Source: Nitrospinaceae bacterium (GTDB lineage: Bacteria; Nitrospinota; Nitrospinia; Nitrospinales; JACRGP01). From it: DNA of 64,000 bases. Below are positions 27,013 through 36,709 of the stretch, in pieces. The position numbers and the translations under genes were made by a program. The DNA is taken from positions 44,786-108,785 of the forward strand of contig JAJDBB010000075.1 in assembly GCA_029261555.1 (NCBI GenBank), written 5' to 3'. The notes under the pieces are model-generated. The model was given only the letters and a program-made list of their open reading frames with translations, was not told where the DNA came from and did no database searches. Numbering within the stretch: position 1 is the first letter of the stretch; every line of letters begins with the position of its first letter.

Positions 27013-27372
27013 CTAGTTATTGACTGACGCCGTTTCTGTGGGGCGGGCTTGCAGGTTTTCCAACTCACCGGACATTTTTTCCAGTGATTTATTTTGCCTG
27101 CGAATTCGGGATCTCAATTTGATTTGAGAGACCACTCCAAATACCCAGGCTAATAAAAAACCGCTACTGATGGAGACAAAAACGACGACCAACAGGGGCG
27201 CGTGAAAACTGTGCAGTTCAAATAGAAGGTCGTAATAATACACCTCGACCACATGCATGTTCTGCACGGAAACCGAGGCGATGATAATGGAAAATAATAA
27301 AAAGATGAAAAACTTGAAAGTGGCGCGCCCTCTCGAGTTGCCGCCCTGGTCTTCGCTCTCAATAGAACTCAT
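27013..27372 (-). CDS. LapA-family (DUF1049-like) inner-membrane protein
   Basis: 119 aa with two TM helices separated by a short loop (FFIFLLFSIIIASVSVQN ... APLLVVVFVSISSGFLLAWVFGVV). Followed by a basic/coiled tail RSRIRRQNKSLEKMSGELENLQ, as in LapA/YciS. Confidence 0.65.
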   Translation of the reverse strand: MSSIESEDQGGNSRGRATFKFFIFLLFSIIIASVSVQNMHVVEVYYYDLLFELHSFHAPLLVVVFVSISSGFLLAWVFGVVSQIKLRSRIRRQNKSLEKMSGELENLQARPTETASVNN

Positions 27373-27407
27373 GATTTATTTCCCGCAGTTGATTTAATGG
27401 ATTGGGT

Positions 27408-28475
27408 TTAATGATGTTCCGCCCCTGCTTCTTCATGAGATTCTTCGTGGGCCTCTTCGTCCATTGAAATCGCAGGAAGCTCCTCGACCTCTCCGGCTTC
27501 ATGCTCCAACTGGATTTCGCCTACAGGTTCTTCAGCGTGTCCGGCGTCGGCGTGAACTTCCTCAGCGGCCTCTTCGTGCCCGGACTCCTCTGCCTCGGCG
27601 TGACCTTCATCTTCGGCTTCATCTTCTTCGCCATGAGCCTCTTCAGCAGGCTCTTCTTCTTCATCGGCTTCGGCGGATTCATCCTCAGCGGCCTCTTCGT
27701 CTTCTGTTTCTTCACCGGCTTCAGCATGTCCTTCATCGGAAGCCTCTTCTTCGCCCGACTCTTCTTCGGCTGAAGCCTCATCCTCTGCGCCTTCACTCTC
27801 GCCGTCGTGTTCCTCAGCGGCGGCTTCGTCTTCTCCTCCGGCTTCTTCATGGGAACCAGCCGCGCCGGAAGTATCGCCTCCCAAACGCTCGATCAACGAC
27901 TCGAGATTTTGAATGGCCTCGTCTGTATCCGATCCGCCCCCCATTTCCTTAAGGGTGAGTATCGCTCTCTTCAGGCGTAAAATTTTAGCTTTACGCTCGG
28001 CGGCGTTCATCTTGTCTCGCAATCCTCCGACCTTCTTATTGATACCGGTGATGCTTGCGGAAACCTCTTCCTTGAAAGGCAGGAATTCATCGGTGATGCT
28101 TTTCAACGCGGCGTTGACCGACAGCATCTGAGTCTCTATGGAGGACACTTTGACTTGTTCCTGTTCGACGCCGGCCTGAACCCCGCGCAATTTATCGTCC
28201 AGATTTTGGACCATGAACCAGATAAAACCAACGCCCACAAGCACGCCGCCGACGGCAAGAATCGTCAGGGCTTTCATCATGTTAAACTGTTCCTGTACAG
28301 AGTCTATTCCCGGCAGGGGTTTGCCATATTCCGCCTTGAGGTCGTCTTCCTTGTGTTCTCCCTGCGCATAATAGGAGCTGGCGTCTTCCTTCGCTTCGCG
28401 CTTGATTTCTTCTATGCGCTCCTCATTGCTCTTTTCACCTGATTCTTTATCCATATCATCGCCGCTAACTGCCAT
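27408..28475 (-). CDS. Single-pass membrane coiled-coil protein with ~160-aa poly-acidic Glu/Ala/His tail
   Basis: One TM segment (ALTILAVGGVLVGVGFIWFMV) and a coiled-coil middle. The C-terminus is almost only E, A, D, G and H (…EEHDGESEGAEDEASAEEESGEEEASDEGHAEAGEETEDEE…HEESHEEAGAEHH). The other frames are low-complexity mirror ORFs. Confidence 0.7.
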   Translation of the reverse strand: MAVSGDDMDKESGEKSNEERIEEIKREAKEDASSYYAQGEHKEDDLKAEYGKPLPGIDSVQEQFNMMKALTILAVGGVLVGVGFIWFMVQNLDDKLRGVQAGVEQEQVKVSSIETQMLSVNAALKSITDEFLPFKEEVSASITGINKKVGGLRDKMNAAERKAKILRLKRAILTLKEMGGGSDTDEAIQNLESLIERLGGDTSGAAGSHEEAGGEDEAAAEEHDGESEGAEDEASAEEESGEEEASDEGHAEAGEETEDEEAAEDESAEADEEEEPAEEAHGEEDEAEDEGHAEAEESGHEEAAEEVHADAGHAEEPVGEIQLEHEAGEVEELPAISMDEEAHEESHEEAGAEHH

Positions 28476-28747
28476 AACTCCTCCAGGATTTGCTTAAAAT
28501 AAATTCTTATTCAGTTTAAATAAATATAGATCATTGAAGCGTAACCCGGGCTTCAATTCCAATCGAATTTACAGAAAAATGCTATATAATAAGTGTAATT
28601 ATGATCGCAGTAAGGCTTATGACGCTTGCGCAAAGCGAGACTGAATCAAATTAAGTTTAGCCGCGCCATAGTTTTACCTTGCTCGGCCCTGAGATTTTTC
28701 GGACAAACAATCGTAAAACCTGCCATTTTAAAGCGGCTTGGAGAAAA

Positions 28748-29692
28748 ATGAAGACTGATATTACAAGCGGTCCCGGCATTTTGTCAAGAAAAATCAAATG
28801 GGCGTTGGGTCCGTTTTTTATCCTGTTGATTCTCCTCTCCCAGGCGGTCGCCGCCCCAGTCAATCAAGGCTATTTTGATCCTTTGATGACCGCGTCGCGG
28901 TTGATGAGCGTCCCGAAAAATGAATTGGTTGTCGTGGATACGCGGTCCAAATTGAAGTATTTATTCGGCCACATTCCGGGAGCCGTCAACCTGAGCAGTT
29001 GGGAAGAATTTACGCGTAAAAAAAACGGCTCCCCCGGCTTTTTGATCGACGATCTAAAACTCATCGCACAAAAACTGCGGTCGGCGGGAATCGATCATTC
29101 CAAAACCATTGTGGTGTACGGCAACCCGGAGGACAAATGGCGGTCCGACGGACGTTTCTTCTGGATGTTTGAACGGTTTGGATTTCAAAAAACCGCGCTG
29201 TTGGACGGCGGACTGGACGCCTGGACCGGAAAAGGCGGCGAACTGGAACGCGGACGCGGCGACGCCCCTCGCCCTTCCAATCTTAAAGCGAGCGATATCC
29301 GACTCAACGAGAACGTGATCGCCGACAAATCCTGGATCAAGTCCCGGCTGGGATCCCCAAATATAAAATTGATAGACAACCGGGAAAAACACGAATATGA
29401 AGGCGCCACGCCTTACGGCTCGAAGCGCGGCGGCCACATCCCCGGAGCCGTGCACATTGACTGGCGACGGTTTTTCTCCGACGATGGATTTTTGAAAAAC
29501 CGGGAACAGGTCAAAGCGCTTTTGGCGTCCTACGGGATAAACCGCGACGACGAGGCGGTGATGTATTGCACCGGCGGGGTGCGGTCGGCCATGGCGTATT
29601 TTGTTTTCCGCCATTTAAAAATGAAAACCAGAAACTACGACGGGTCCTGGTGGGACTGGAGCGCCGACCTCGTTTTACCTGTGGAGTCCTAA
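28748..29692 (+). CDS. Exported tandem-rhodanese sulfurtransferase (thiosulfate/3-mercaptopyruvate sulfurtransferase-like)
   Basis: ATG at 28748 preceded by GGAG. Signal peptide ...FFILLILLSQAVAAP. Two rhodanese domains with the active-site loop MYCTGGVRSA in the second. Confidence 0.85.
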   Translation: MKTDITSGPGILSRKIKWALGPFFILLILLSQAVAAPVNQGYFDPLMTASRLMSVPKNELVVVDTRSKLKYLFGHIPGAVNLSSWEEFTRKKNGSPGFLIDDLKLIAQKLRSAGIDHSKTIVVYGNPEDKWRSDGRFFWMFERFGFQKTALLDGGLDAWTGKGGELERGRGDAPRPSNLKASDIRLNENVIADKSWIKSRLGSPNIKLIDNREKHEYEGATPYGSKRGGHIPGAVHIDWRRFFSDDGFLKNREQVKALLASYGINRDDEAVMYCTGGVRSAMAYFVFRHLKMKTRNYDGSWWDWSADLVLPVES

Positions 29693-29699
29693 CGACAAA

Positions 29700-30026
29700 A
29701 TGACGGATCAATACATTGCGGTCGCCAAGCTGGACGAAGTGCCCGTCGACGGACGCAAACGGGTGGAGATCGAAGGCAAGCGCATTGCGCTATTTAACGT
29801 GGACGGCGAGGTGTACGCCATACTGGATACTTGTCCACACAAAAAAACCGCGCCGCTGGTGCGCGGGACGCTCGACGGATTGGGGATCCGCTGCCCGAAT
29901 CACGGTTACCGGTTTGACTTTAAAACTGGGGAATGCAACGTGAGTCCGCAATTCGACACTCAGGTGTTCCCGGTAAAAATCGTCGGCGACGATATTTTAA
30001 TTTCCCTCGCCTCCCCCTCCGACTAA
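29700..30026 (+). CDS. Small Rieske [2Fe-2S] protein (NirD / ferredoxin-subunit-like)
   Basis: Rieske ligand motifs CPH (DTCPHKK) and CPNH (IRCPNHGYRF). 108 aa. Starts 8 nt after the rhodanese gene. Confidence 0.85.
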   Translation: MTDQYIAVAKLDEVPVDGRKRVEIEGKRIALFNVDGEVYAILDTCPHKKTAPLVRGTLDGLGIRCPNHGYRFDFKTGECNVSPQFDTQVFPVKIVGDDILISLASPSD

Positions 30027-30065
30027 CCATTAGGAAGCTTTGCTAAACAGCCACGCAAAATATTT

Positions 30066-30482
30066 TTACCGGTGGCGCGAACCTTCTTCGTAGCTTTGGG
30101 AATCGTTTTTCTGGCTGTGACCGGAACCTTCTTCATGCGAATGACTTTCCCCGCCGCCACCGGAACCTTCGCCAGAAGGCGCGACGCGCGAGGGCCTACC
30201 CAACGCTTCCGAGGCGTGCGTGAGCGCCGCGTCGTATTTTTTCAAAGCTTCGCGGGCGTTCACCAAGGCGGTCTCTGTATGGCTGACCAGGGTCGGGTCG
30301 GCGTCCGACATTTTCAGGCTGAACTCCAGATGTTTTATCATCTCTTCTAATTGTAAATAACCTTCCTCGCCGTGACCCAAACCTACGCTGGCATGGCCCT
30401 TGGCCTGCGCCCAAACGGAACCTGAGACCAAAAATAACGCCGCGAAGACCAAACTAAAAATAAAACAAATCCTGTTTTTCAT
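30066..30482 (-). CDS. Small exported His-rich protein, tentatively SmbP-like metal-binding protein
   Basis: Signal peptide FIFSLVFAALFLVSGSVWA. Helical His-containing repeats (GHGEEGYLQLEEMIKHLE..., ALTHASEAL) and a tail GESHSHEEGSGHSQKNDSQSYEEGSRHR. The functional call rests on pattern resemblance only. Confidence 0.55.
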   Translation of the reverse strand: MKNRICFIFSLVFAALFLVSGSVWAQAKGHASVGLGHGEEGYLQLEEMIKHLEFSLKMSDADPTLVSHTETALVNAREALKKYDAALTHASEALGRPSRVAPSGEGSGGGGESHSHEEGSGHSQKNDSQSYEEGSRHR

Positions 30483-30608
30483 AATTCCTCCGAACCCGTT
30501 TTCCCGGCGTCATATTTGCGCAAGGCCTTTAGGGATAATGAACGTTTCAAAATAATATCTGCCTTTTTTCAAGCCTTGTCAAGCTAGCCAATTTCATTTT
30601 TACGCAAT

Positions 30609-30640
30609 AAAAAAAGCCTCCGGGAAAGTTCCCGAAGGCT
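30609..30640 (-). terminator. Rho-independent terminator after fliE
   Basis: Minus strand reads AGCCTTCGGGAACTTTCCCGGAGGCT followed by TTTTTTTATT. Confidence 0.75.
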
Positions 30641-30667
30641 TGATATATTTTACGATCCAACCGCCCG

Positions 30668-30985
30668 TCACACCTGCATGCGCATGACTTCCTGATAGGC
30701 TTCGACAATCTTGTTGCGCACTTGCATGGTCATGCGAAACGCCAGGTCGGCTTTGCTGACGGCGATCATCGTGTCGTGAATATTTTGGGAATCGCCGGTG
30801 ACCAGTCCTTCTATGGCGCTATCGGCGTCTTTTTGTAATTCGTTGACCTGCTTGATGGAATCAGTCAGGTTTTCGGCAAAGGATTTCCCATCCTCGCCCG
30901 ATTCCGCCTTGCCTGTCTTGCCAAGATCGGTGAGGCCAGGTCCCAAGACCGCCTTGAGATTATTTTTTACTGTAAAGTCGCTCAT
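30668..30985 (-). CDS. fliE: Flagellar hook-basal body complex protein FliE
   Basis: 105 aa. The C-terminal half SFAENLTDSIKQVNELQKDADSAIEGLVTGDSQNIHDTMIAVSKADLAFRMTMQVRNKIVEAYQEVMRMQV matches the FliE signature. Confidence 0.9.
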   Translation of the reverse strand: MSDFTVKNNLKAVLGPGLTDLGKTGKAESGEDGKSFAENLTDSIKQVNELQKDADSAIEGLVTGDSQNIHDTMIAVSKADLAFRMTMQVRNKIVEAYQEVMRMQV

Positions 30986-31066
30986 AACGTCAAACCCATT
31001 ATCTCATTTTCTCATTACGAGGTAAACATTTATAAATTCCGTGTCAACCTAATTGAGCCTCGAGCG

Positions 31067-31489
31067 CTATTGAGCGCTTTCGGTGATGGCGGCCCGCAAG
31101 GTGGAACCACGTTTTGAAAATGCCTGCGCGATGGTATTATACATTAATTGGGTCTCGGCCAATTTGGCCATTTCTTTATCCACGTTCACGTTGTTGCCGT
31201 TGGATTTTGCGGCGTCCGGCTCTTCAATCACCTCGGGTTGCATGTGTTTCACCGCATTGGCCTGCGCGCCGATATGTTTGGGATCCGTGTTCGCCATATG
31301 CAAACCGCCTTTGCCCACCCCAGCCTGACGCAGTTGTTGGGCAAAATCAACGTCCACCGCCTTGTATCCTGGCGTTTCCATATTGCTGATATTATTTGAA
31401 ACCAGCAATTGCCTTGCAGATTGAAAATCAAGGCCCTTCTTCAATAGTCCTGGGGTCTTATCGGCAAATAAAATTCGGTCCAAAAGCAT
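31067..31489 (-). CDS. flgB: Flagellar basal-body rod protein FlgB
   Basis: N-terminal rod motif LLVSNNISNMETPGYKAVDVDF and C-terminal NGNNVNVDKEMAKLAETQLMYNT. I place the start at the ATG at 31489 (MLLDRILF), which is 8 nt after GGAGG; the GTG at 31504 in the ORF track lies inside that RBS. Confidence 0.85.
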   Translation of the reverse strand: MLLDRILFADKTPGLLKKGLDFQSARQLLVSNNISNMETPGYKAVDVDFAQQLRQAGVGKGGLHMANTDPKHIGAQANAVKHMQPEVIEEPDAAKSNGNNVNVDKEMAKLAETQLMYNTIAQAFSKRGSTLRAAITESAQ

Positions 31490-31513
31490 AATCTTCACCT
31501 CCACCTAGTACTA

Positions 31514-31529
31514 AGCAAGATGAATGCCA
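31514..31529 (-). promoter_or_regulatory. Sigma-54 (-24/-12) promoter of flgB-fliE
   Basis: Minus strand reads TGGCATtcatcTTGCT, with GG and GC separated by exactly 10 nt as in the TGGCAC-N5-TTGCW consensus. It lies about 25 nt upstream of the flgB ATG and is divergent from a sigma-54 activator gene. Confidence 0.7.
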
Positions 31530-31754
31530 ACTTTTAAAATCCGGCGATATCCACATAAGTAATTGATTTAATTATATTTATAGTTCACTCTCCCAATTTG
31601 GAATGCTGATTTATTGGCAGTTTTTTCCTTTGCCAGCGATGATTTTTTGACATGCCATTCAAAAAAGAATCTCCGCCACAAGCTGACGTTACATTTTATG
31701 TTATACTATGCTTCCAGTTTTATGTAACTTTTCTACTCTTCCAGTGGAGCCTAC

Positions 31755-34616
31755 ATGCCCGCCGACCTAAAAAAGCTAAGCAAAGTATTGCAAGGGTTTG
31801 CCAAGGAAAACCTTTCAGATATTTTACATTTCACAGCTCTCGGGCTTAAGGAGAAGTACAAAAGCACAATGGTGCGGGTTTACCTCGAGGACTTGTACGA
31901 GGGTATGCTCATTTGCCAGTATGTCACCGGCGAGGACCAGCCACACGAACATCAGATCCTGCACTACATTTCCCCCAAGGAATCGGTAATTTCCCAGGCC
32001 TTTTTCAAAAATGAGCCGGTAGCCTCCTGGGATTTGCCGGAAGACTTCGACAGTTACCGGAGTCCTTTTGAAATTAACGCCAATATCCATTCCTCCCTGG
32101 TTCTTCCCATTGTCTATCAATTGCGCCCCATCGGAACCATCAGCCTGGACTGGGAAACACCGGGGACGCATTTAAGCCCGGCGCAAGTTGAAGAAATCGC
32201 CAGGTTTTTATCCTTGAACAGCGTGGTGATAGATAAAGCCAAACGCTTCCATCAGAAAATTTCATTCTCTAAGCATCTGGATCTGGCGCGAAAAAAGGAA
32301 GCCGCCTGGCGGATGGTTCGTTCAGCCGTTAATCTAATCGATAAATTGTCCCTGGCTTCGGTCTTGGTCCCCTCTTCCAGCTCGGGTTCTCAAACGGAAT
32401 CCATGGAACCGCAGGACCAAATCCAGGCGCTTTCCGTTTTTTCGAAGGACGAAAAGGACGCCGACGTCTACCTCAGCAAAGGCCAGATCAGCATTTCCAA
32501 GGGAAGGAACCTTATCAACCGAATATTAAAATACGACAAAAAAAAAGGGTTGGTCGTTCGCAACCTGAATCAGAAAGCGGTCTATATTCCCGACGTCCGC
32601 GAAGAAGAGTTTGAACGCAAGCCCATCGCCAGTAAAATCGATCTGGTCTCCCTTTACCAGATTCCGAAATTCAATCCCACCACAGGCCAGTTCATTTGCG
32701 CGGTCAATTACTTTACAAACTCGACTTACGAGTTCAAGGAATCCGAGAAGCGGCTTTTGGAAGAACACGCCTCCATGGTGGAAAAACTGATTCTCGAGGA
32801 AAGCCTGGCCCACATCGAGATTGAGGTGCTTTCCGAAATCGAGGAGCTGCTTTCCGGGCAGGACGATTCCCTGCGCCATTTCCTGGTAAAAATTCTCGAC
32901 AAAACTTCGGAGTTGATTGGCGCCGACTGCGGCACGATTTCCATCATGAAAACCGTCAACGGTCAATCCTGGTTGATGGTCGAAGACGAACAGGGAAACC
33001 CGGTCGGCGCGAAATCGCGCGGCTGGAAAAAAAGTAAAATCCCTCCTCTAAAAGTAGGCGGCGCCGAGTTGCCCGAGGAATTAAAATCCCTGAACGGCTA
33101 CTGCGCTCATCAGGCAAAACCCATACTTGTAAACGACGCTCAAAACACCCTGCTCACTCAGGGGTTTTATAAAGGACTGTCTCCAAAAATCCGGTCCGAG
33201 CTGGCAGTTCCCATCATCTCCGGAAACAGCGTTTTGGGCATTATCAATCAGGACAGTTTTAAAAGAAATTTCTTCAACGAGGAGCATAAAAATATCCTTT
33301 TGATCATTGCCCGACTTATCAGCCAAAAAGTTTACAACCTGAAGCAAATCGAGGAACTGCGCGGCGAGATGACGGAAATGAGCCGGGACATTGAGTACCG
33401 CGACCCCAAAGTGTCCTCGTATTTTTTTGGCAACGTTATAGGGAAAAGCCAGAAGATCAACACGCTGGTCAGCCAGATCAATACGGTGGTGGAATCCATG
33501 TGCCATCAAATGTTGCAATGGGATCGGGGGGATCATCCCGGCAACCTGATGGGCCTGCCCGCCATGCTCATCACCGGGGAGACGGGAACGGGCAAGGAGT
33601 TTTTCTTCAATAATATTTTCTCCCTGATCACGGAAATTTTTCAAAAAACCCGAGGCTCGGACCACAAACTGCCGCTAAAAAAAACCAACATCGCGGCCTA
33701 CAGCGGCGAACTCACTTACAGCGAACTGTTCGGTCACAAGAAAGGCGCCTTCACCGGCGCGGACTCCCATCGCCAGGGAATCCTGGAAGAAGCCAACGGA
33801 GGCGTGGTGTTTCTGGACGAGATCGGCGACGCCGATCCCAAAACTCAGGTTCAGTTATTGCGCTTTCTGGACACAGGCGTGTTCATGCGCCTGGGTGAAA
33901 ACGACCCCCGGCATTCGAGGATATTTCTAATCGCCGCCACCAATAAGAATCTCGCGGAGGAAATCAAGAAAGGCGCTTTTAGGGAGGATCTTTTTCATCG
34001 GCTCAGCGCCCTCAGCTTTCACATCCCGCCCCTGAACGAACGTAGGGAAGATATCGACGACCTGGCGACTCATTATCTGGGTCGGCTGTTCCAGACTTAC
34101 AAAAAGGATTTAGCAAAAGACGCACCCCCGCCCACCTTATCCAAGGAAGCGGTGGACTTTTTAAAAAACTACCACTACACGGGAAACGTTCGCGAGTTGA
34201 AAAACATCCTGATGCGCGCCACCTTGTTCAGTCAGGGAAACGCCGTTACGGCGCAAGATATTATGACGGCGACCCGGACGGAGGAACCCGTCCGATCAAC
34301 CAACGCCCTGAAACGCCCTGACGAAAACGGCGGAGGCGAGGTCGAAGAAATTCTTGCGACTCTGGAAATTCTCGAAAAAGGGGAAGGGACTTTTTGGACA
34401 CACATTCGCCAGCCTTTTCGCGATAAGAAAATGACGCGCGACAACTTGAGGTCGATTATCCAACTGGCCAAAGACCGCTATCAAACCAACCTGCCCGGAC
34501 TGGCGGTTAAGCTCAAGGCCTGCGGTCCGAATTTCCGGAGCGACGGAGGGGAAAAAAAGAAGTTCAACAGCTTTAAAAACTTTTTATACAAAACCGCAAA
34601 AATCACGGAGAATTGA
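31755..34616 (+). CDS. Sigma-54-dependent transcriptional activator (bEBP) with ~560-aa multi-GAF sensory N-terminus
   Basis: AAA+ core with Walker [11 protein letters not shown], the sigma-54 contact loop GAFTGA (KKGAFTGA), Walker [12 protein letters not shown], and FREDLFHRL and NVRELKN motifs. The N-terminal regions have GAF-like patterns. A helical, probably DNA-binding, region sits at the C-terminus. Confidence 0.9.
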   Translation: MPADLKKLSKVLQGFAKENLSDILHFTALGLKEKYKSTMVRVYLEDLYEGMLICQYVTGEDQPHEHQILHYISPKESVISQAFFKNEPVASWDLPEDFDSYRSPFEINANIHSSLVLPIVYQLRPIGTISLDWETPGTHLSPAQVEEIARFLSLNSVVIDKAKRFHQKISFSKHLDLARKKEAAWRMVRSAVNLIDKLSLASVLVPSSSSGSQTESMEPQDQIQALSVFSKDEKDADVYLSKGQISISKGRNLINRILKYDKKKGLVVRNLNQKAVYIPDVREEEFERKPIASKIDLVSLYQIPKFNPTTGQFICAVNYFTNSTYEFKESEKRLLEEHASMVEKLILEESLAHIEIEVLSEIEELLSGQDDSLRHFLVKILDKTSELIGADCGTISIMKTVNGQSWLMVEDEQGNPVGAKSRGWKKSKIPPLKVGGAELPEELKSLNGYCAHQAKPILVNDAQNTLLTQGFYKGLSPKIRSELAVPIISGNSVLGIINQDSFKRNFFNEEHKNILLIIARLISQKVYNLKQIEELRGEMTEMSRDIEYRDPKVSSYFFGNVIGKSQKINTLVSQINTVVESMCHQMLQWDRGDHPGNLMGLPAMLITGETGTGKEFFFNNIFSLITEIFQKTRGSDHKLPLKKTNIAAYSGELTYSELFGHKKGAFTGADSHRQGILEEANGGVVFLDEIGDADPKTQVQLLRFLDTGVFMRLGENDPRHSRIFLIAATNKNLAEEIKKGAFREDLFHRLSALSFHIPPLNERREDIDDLATHYLGRLFQTYKKDLAKDAPPPTLSKEAVDFLKNYHYTGNVRELKNILMRATLFSQGNAVTAQDIMTATRTEEPVRSTNALKRPDENGGGEVEEILATLEILEKGEGTFWTHIRQPFRDKKMTRDNLRSIIQLAKDRYQTNLPGLAVKLKACGPNFRSDGGEKKKFNSFKNFLYKTAKITEN

Positions 34617-34640
34617 CAACCGCCTAACGGCTTATTTAAA

Positions 34641-34856
34641 TCACTCCTCGGTCTGATCCTCTGGCGCTTCATCCTGTTGTAACCTGCCCTCCATTTTTGA
34701 AACCGCGTCTTCAACTTTTTTCTGCGCATCGTCGACTTTCTTACCGGGGATCGTTCCCCTCTCCTCGGCCTTTTTCTTTTGTTCGTCGCAAGCGGCGACG
34801 CCAAAAAGCAACATTCCCACAACAATCACGCGCATAACCTTTATACAAAGTTTCAT
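34641..34856 (-). CDS. Small lipoprotein (71 aa)
   Basis: ATG at 34856 lies 5 nt after GGGAGG. Lipobox LLFGVAAC. The mature part is a K/E-rich helix. The ORF-track start (34868) lies within the RBS. Confidence 0.6.
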   Translation of the reverse strand: MKLCIKVMRVIVVGMLLFGVAACDEQKKKAEERGTIPGKKVDDAQKKVEDAVSKMEGRLQQDEAPEDQTEE

Positions 34857-35121
34857 TTTGCCTCCCAAAAGGTGAGTTTACAGTCAAATTAAAAGAGTAT
34901 AACGTTCCAACCCTCCAACCCTCTTACAACAATGCCTCCGGCGGCCGGCGAGGCGCCGGGGCCATTAGTTGGCGAATGGAAATTTTTCTTTTAATGCCCC
35001 TCCCCGTCCTCGTCGCTAGCGTGTGAGGAAAAAAGGGGACTAAAGTCGACTCGACAGCTATCAATTTAAAAGGATTATTCCAAACGCCGCTATCTGCCTC
35101 CGGGCGCATGCCCGGCGCCGG

Positions 35122-35150
35122 TTGGAAATTTTGGAAACATCTGCTATAAT
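35122..35150 (+). promoter_or_regulatory. Putative sigma-70 promoter of ahcY (TTGGAA-N17-TATAAT)
   Basis: ttggaaattttggaaacatctgctataat. It would give a ~185-nt leader before the ahcY ATG at 35342. Confidence 0.5.
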
Positions 35151-35341
35151 TCTCCAACGCCTGCCCTGCCCTGTTTAGTTTACAGGACAACCCAACGCTA
35201 TTTACCTTGTTAAACGCGGAACGTTTTGAATCCCCGATGCGGCGCAACATGCGCGACGAACGCAGGGCGGCATGAATCCAAACAAAACCAATCCGATACA
35301 CTTTTCTATTATATTCATTTTAAACATTTGAGGAGATTTAC

Positions 35342-36652
35342 ATGGCGCCCACTACCGTAGCCGCAGAAAAATTCAAAGTCAAAGACCTTTCCCTGGCCGA
35401 CTGGGGCCGGGAGGAAATCATCCTGGCGGAAAAGGAAATGCCCGGCCTGATGGCTTTGCGCGACAAATATAAAACTTCCAAACCCCTCAAGGGCGCGCGC
35501 ATCGCGGGCTCCCTGCACATGACCATTCAAACGGCGGTCCTGATTGAAACCCTGATCGACCTTGGAGCAGATATCCGCTGGGCCTCCTGCAATATTTTTT
35601 CCACCCAGGACCACGCGGCGGCGGCCATCGCCAAAGCCGGCATTCCCGTTTTTGCCTGGAAAGAGGAAACCGAGGACGAATACTGGTGGTGCACGGCTCA
35701 AACCCTTCACTTCGACAACGATCAGGGACCCAACATGATCCTCGACGACGGCGGCGACCTGACGGATTACGTCTATAAAAACCACCCCGATATGGTTGCG
35801 GAAATCAAGGGGATCTCCGAGGAAACCACTACGGGCGTGCATAAATTGTATCAAATGATGAAAGACGGAAGCCTGAAAACTCCGACAATGAACGTAAACG
35901 ACTCGGTCACCAAGTCGAAATTCGACAACCTATACGGTTGCCGCGAATCGCTGGCGGACGGCATCAAACGCGCCACGGATATTATGATCGCGGGCAAGGT
36001 GGTTGTGGTTGGCGGTTACGGCGACGTTGGAAAAGGATGCGCCCAGTCCATGCGCGACTTGGGAGCGCGGGTGCTGATTACGGAAATCGATCCCATCTGC
36101 GCCCTGCAGGCCGCCATGGAAGGTTACGAGATAACCACCATGGAAGAGGCCGTTAAAGAAGGCGATATTTTTGTCACCACCACGGGTTGCAAGGATATCA
36201 TCCGCATCGACCACATGGAAAAAATGAAAGACGCCGCCATCGTTTGCAACATCGGCCATTTCGATTGCGAAATCCAGGTCGAAGCCTTGAACAATTTTCC
36301 CGGAATCAAAAAGCAGGTCGTCAAGCCGCAGGTGGACAAATACACGTTCTCCGACGGACGTTGCCTCATCCTGCTGGCGGAAGGCCGCCTCGTCAACCTG
36401 GGTTGCGCCACCGGCCACCCCTCGTTTGTAATGTCCAACTCTTTCACCAATCAGGTACTGGCCCAGATCGAGTTGTTCAATAATAAATATGAGGTGGGAG
36501 TTTTCACCCTGCCCAAGAAGCTTGACGAGGAAGTCGCTCGCCTGCATCTTGACAAGCTGGGCGTCAAACTGACGACCTTGTCCAAGGATCAGGCGGATTA
36601 CCTGGGAATTCCACAGGAAGGACCGTTCAAGCCGGACCATTACCGCTATTAA
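35342..36652 (+). CDS. ahcY: Adenosylhomocysteinase
   Basis: [13 protein letters not shown]-type start ([16 protein letters not shown]), [16 protein letters not shown], the NAD-binding [10 protein letters not shown], and a C-terminal PDHYRY. 436 aa. Confidence 0.97.
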   Translation: MAPTTVAAEKFKVKDLSLADWGREEIILAEKEMPGLMALRDKYKTSKPLKGARIAGSLHMTIQTAVLIETLIDLGADIRWASCNIFSTQDHAAAAIAKAGIPVFAWKEETEDEYWWCTAQTLHFDNDQGPNMILDDGGDLTDYVYKNHPDMVAEIKGISEETTTGVHKLYQMMKDGSLKTPTMNVNDSVTKSKFDNLYGCRESLADGIKRATDIMIAGKVVVVGGYGDVGKGCAQSMRDLGARVLITEIDPICALQAAMEGYEITTMEEAVKEGDIFVTTTGCKDIIRIDHMEKMKDAAIVCNIGHFDCEIQVEALNNFPGIKKQVVKPQVDKYTFSDGRCLILLAEGRLVNLGCATGHPSFVMSNSFTNQVLAQIELFNNKYEVGVFTLPKKLDEEVARLHLDKLGVKLTTLSKDQADYLGIPQEGPFKPDHYRY

Positions 36653-36675
36653 TACGTTTCAATAGCAATTAAAAA

Positions 36676-36709
36676 CCCCGCTTCCAATTTTTGGGAGCGG
36701 GGTTTTTTT
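36676..36709. terminator. Bidirectional Rho-independent terminator between ahcY and the convergent operon
   Basis: aaaaaCCCCGCTTCCaatttttGGGAGCGGGGttttttt: a GC stem flanked by an A-run and a T-run. Confidence 0.8.

Noticed and set aside
34924-35301. 125-aa minus-strand ORF in the spacer between the lipoprotein gene and ahcY.
   Set aside because: It has Arg/Pro/Ala-rich composition with no RBS, and it overlaps the predicted ahcY promoter and leader.
35151-35341. Canonical SAH riboswitch upstream of ahcY.
   Set aside because: I could not find the conserved SAH-riboswitch blocks (AGGAGCGCUGC, CAGGCUCGG, AACGGCGCUCA) on the sense strand. An Infernal scan is needed to be sure.
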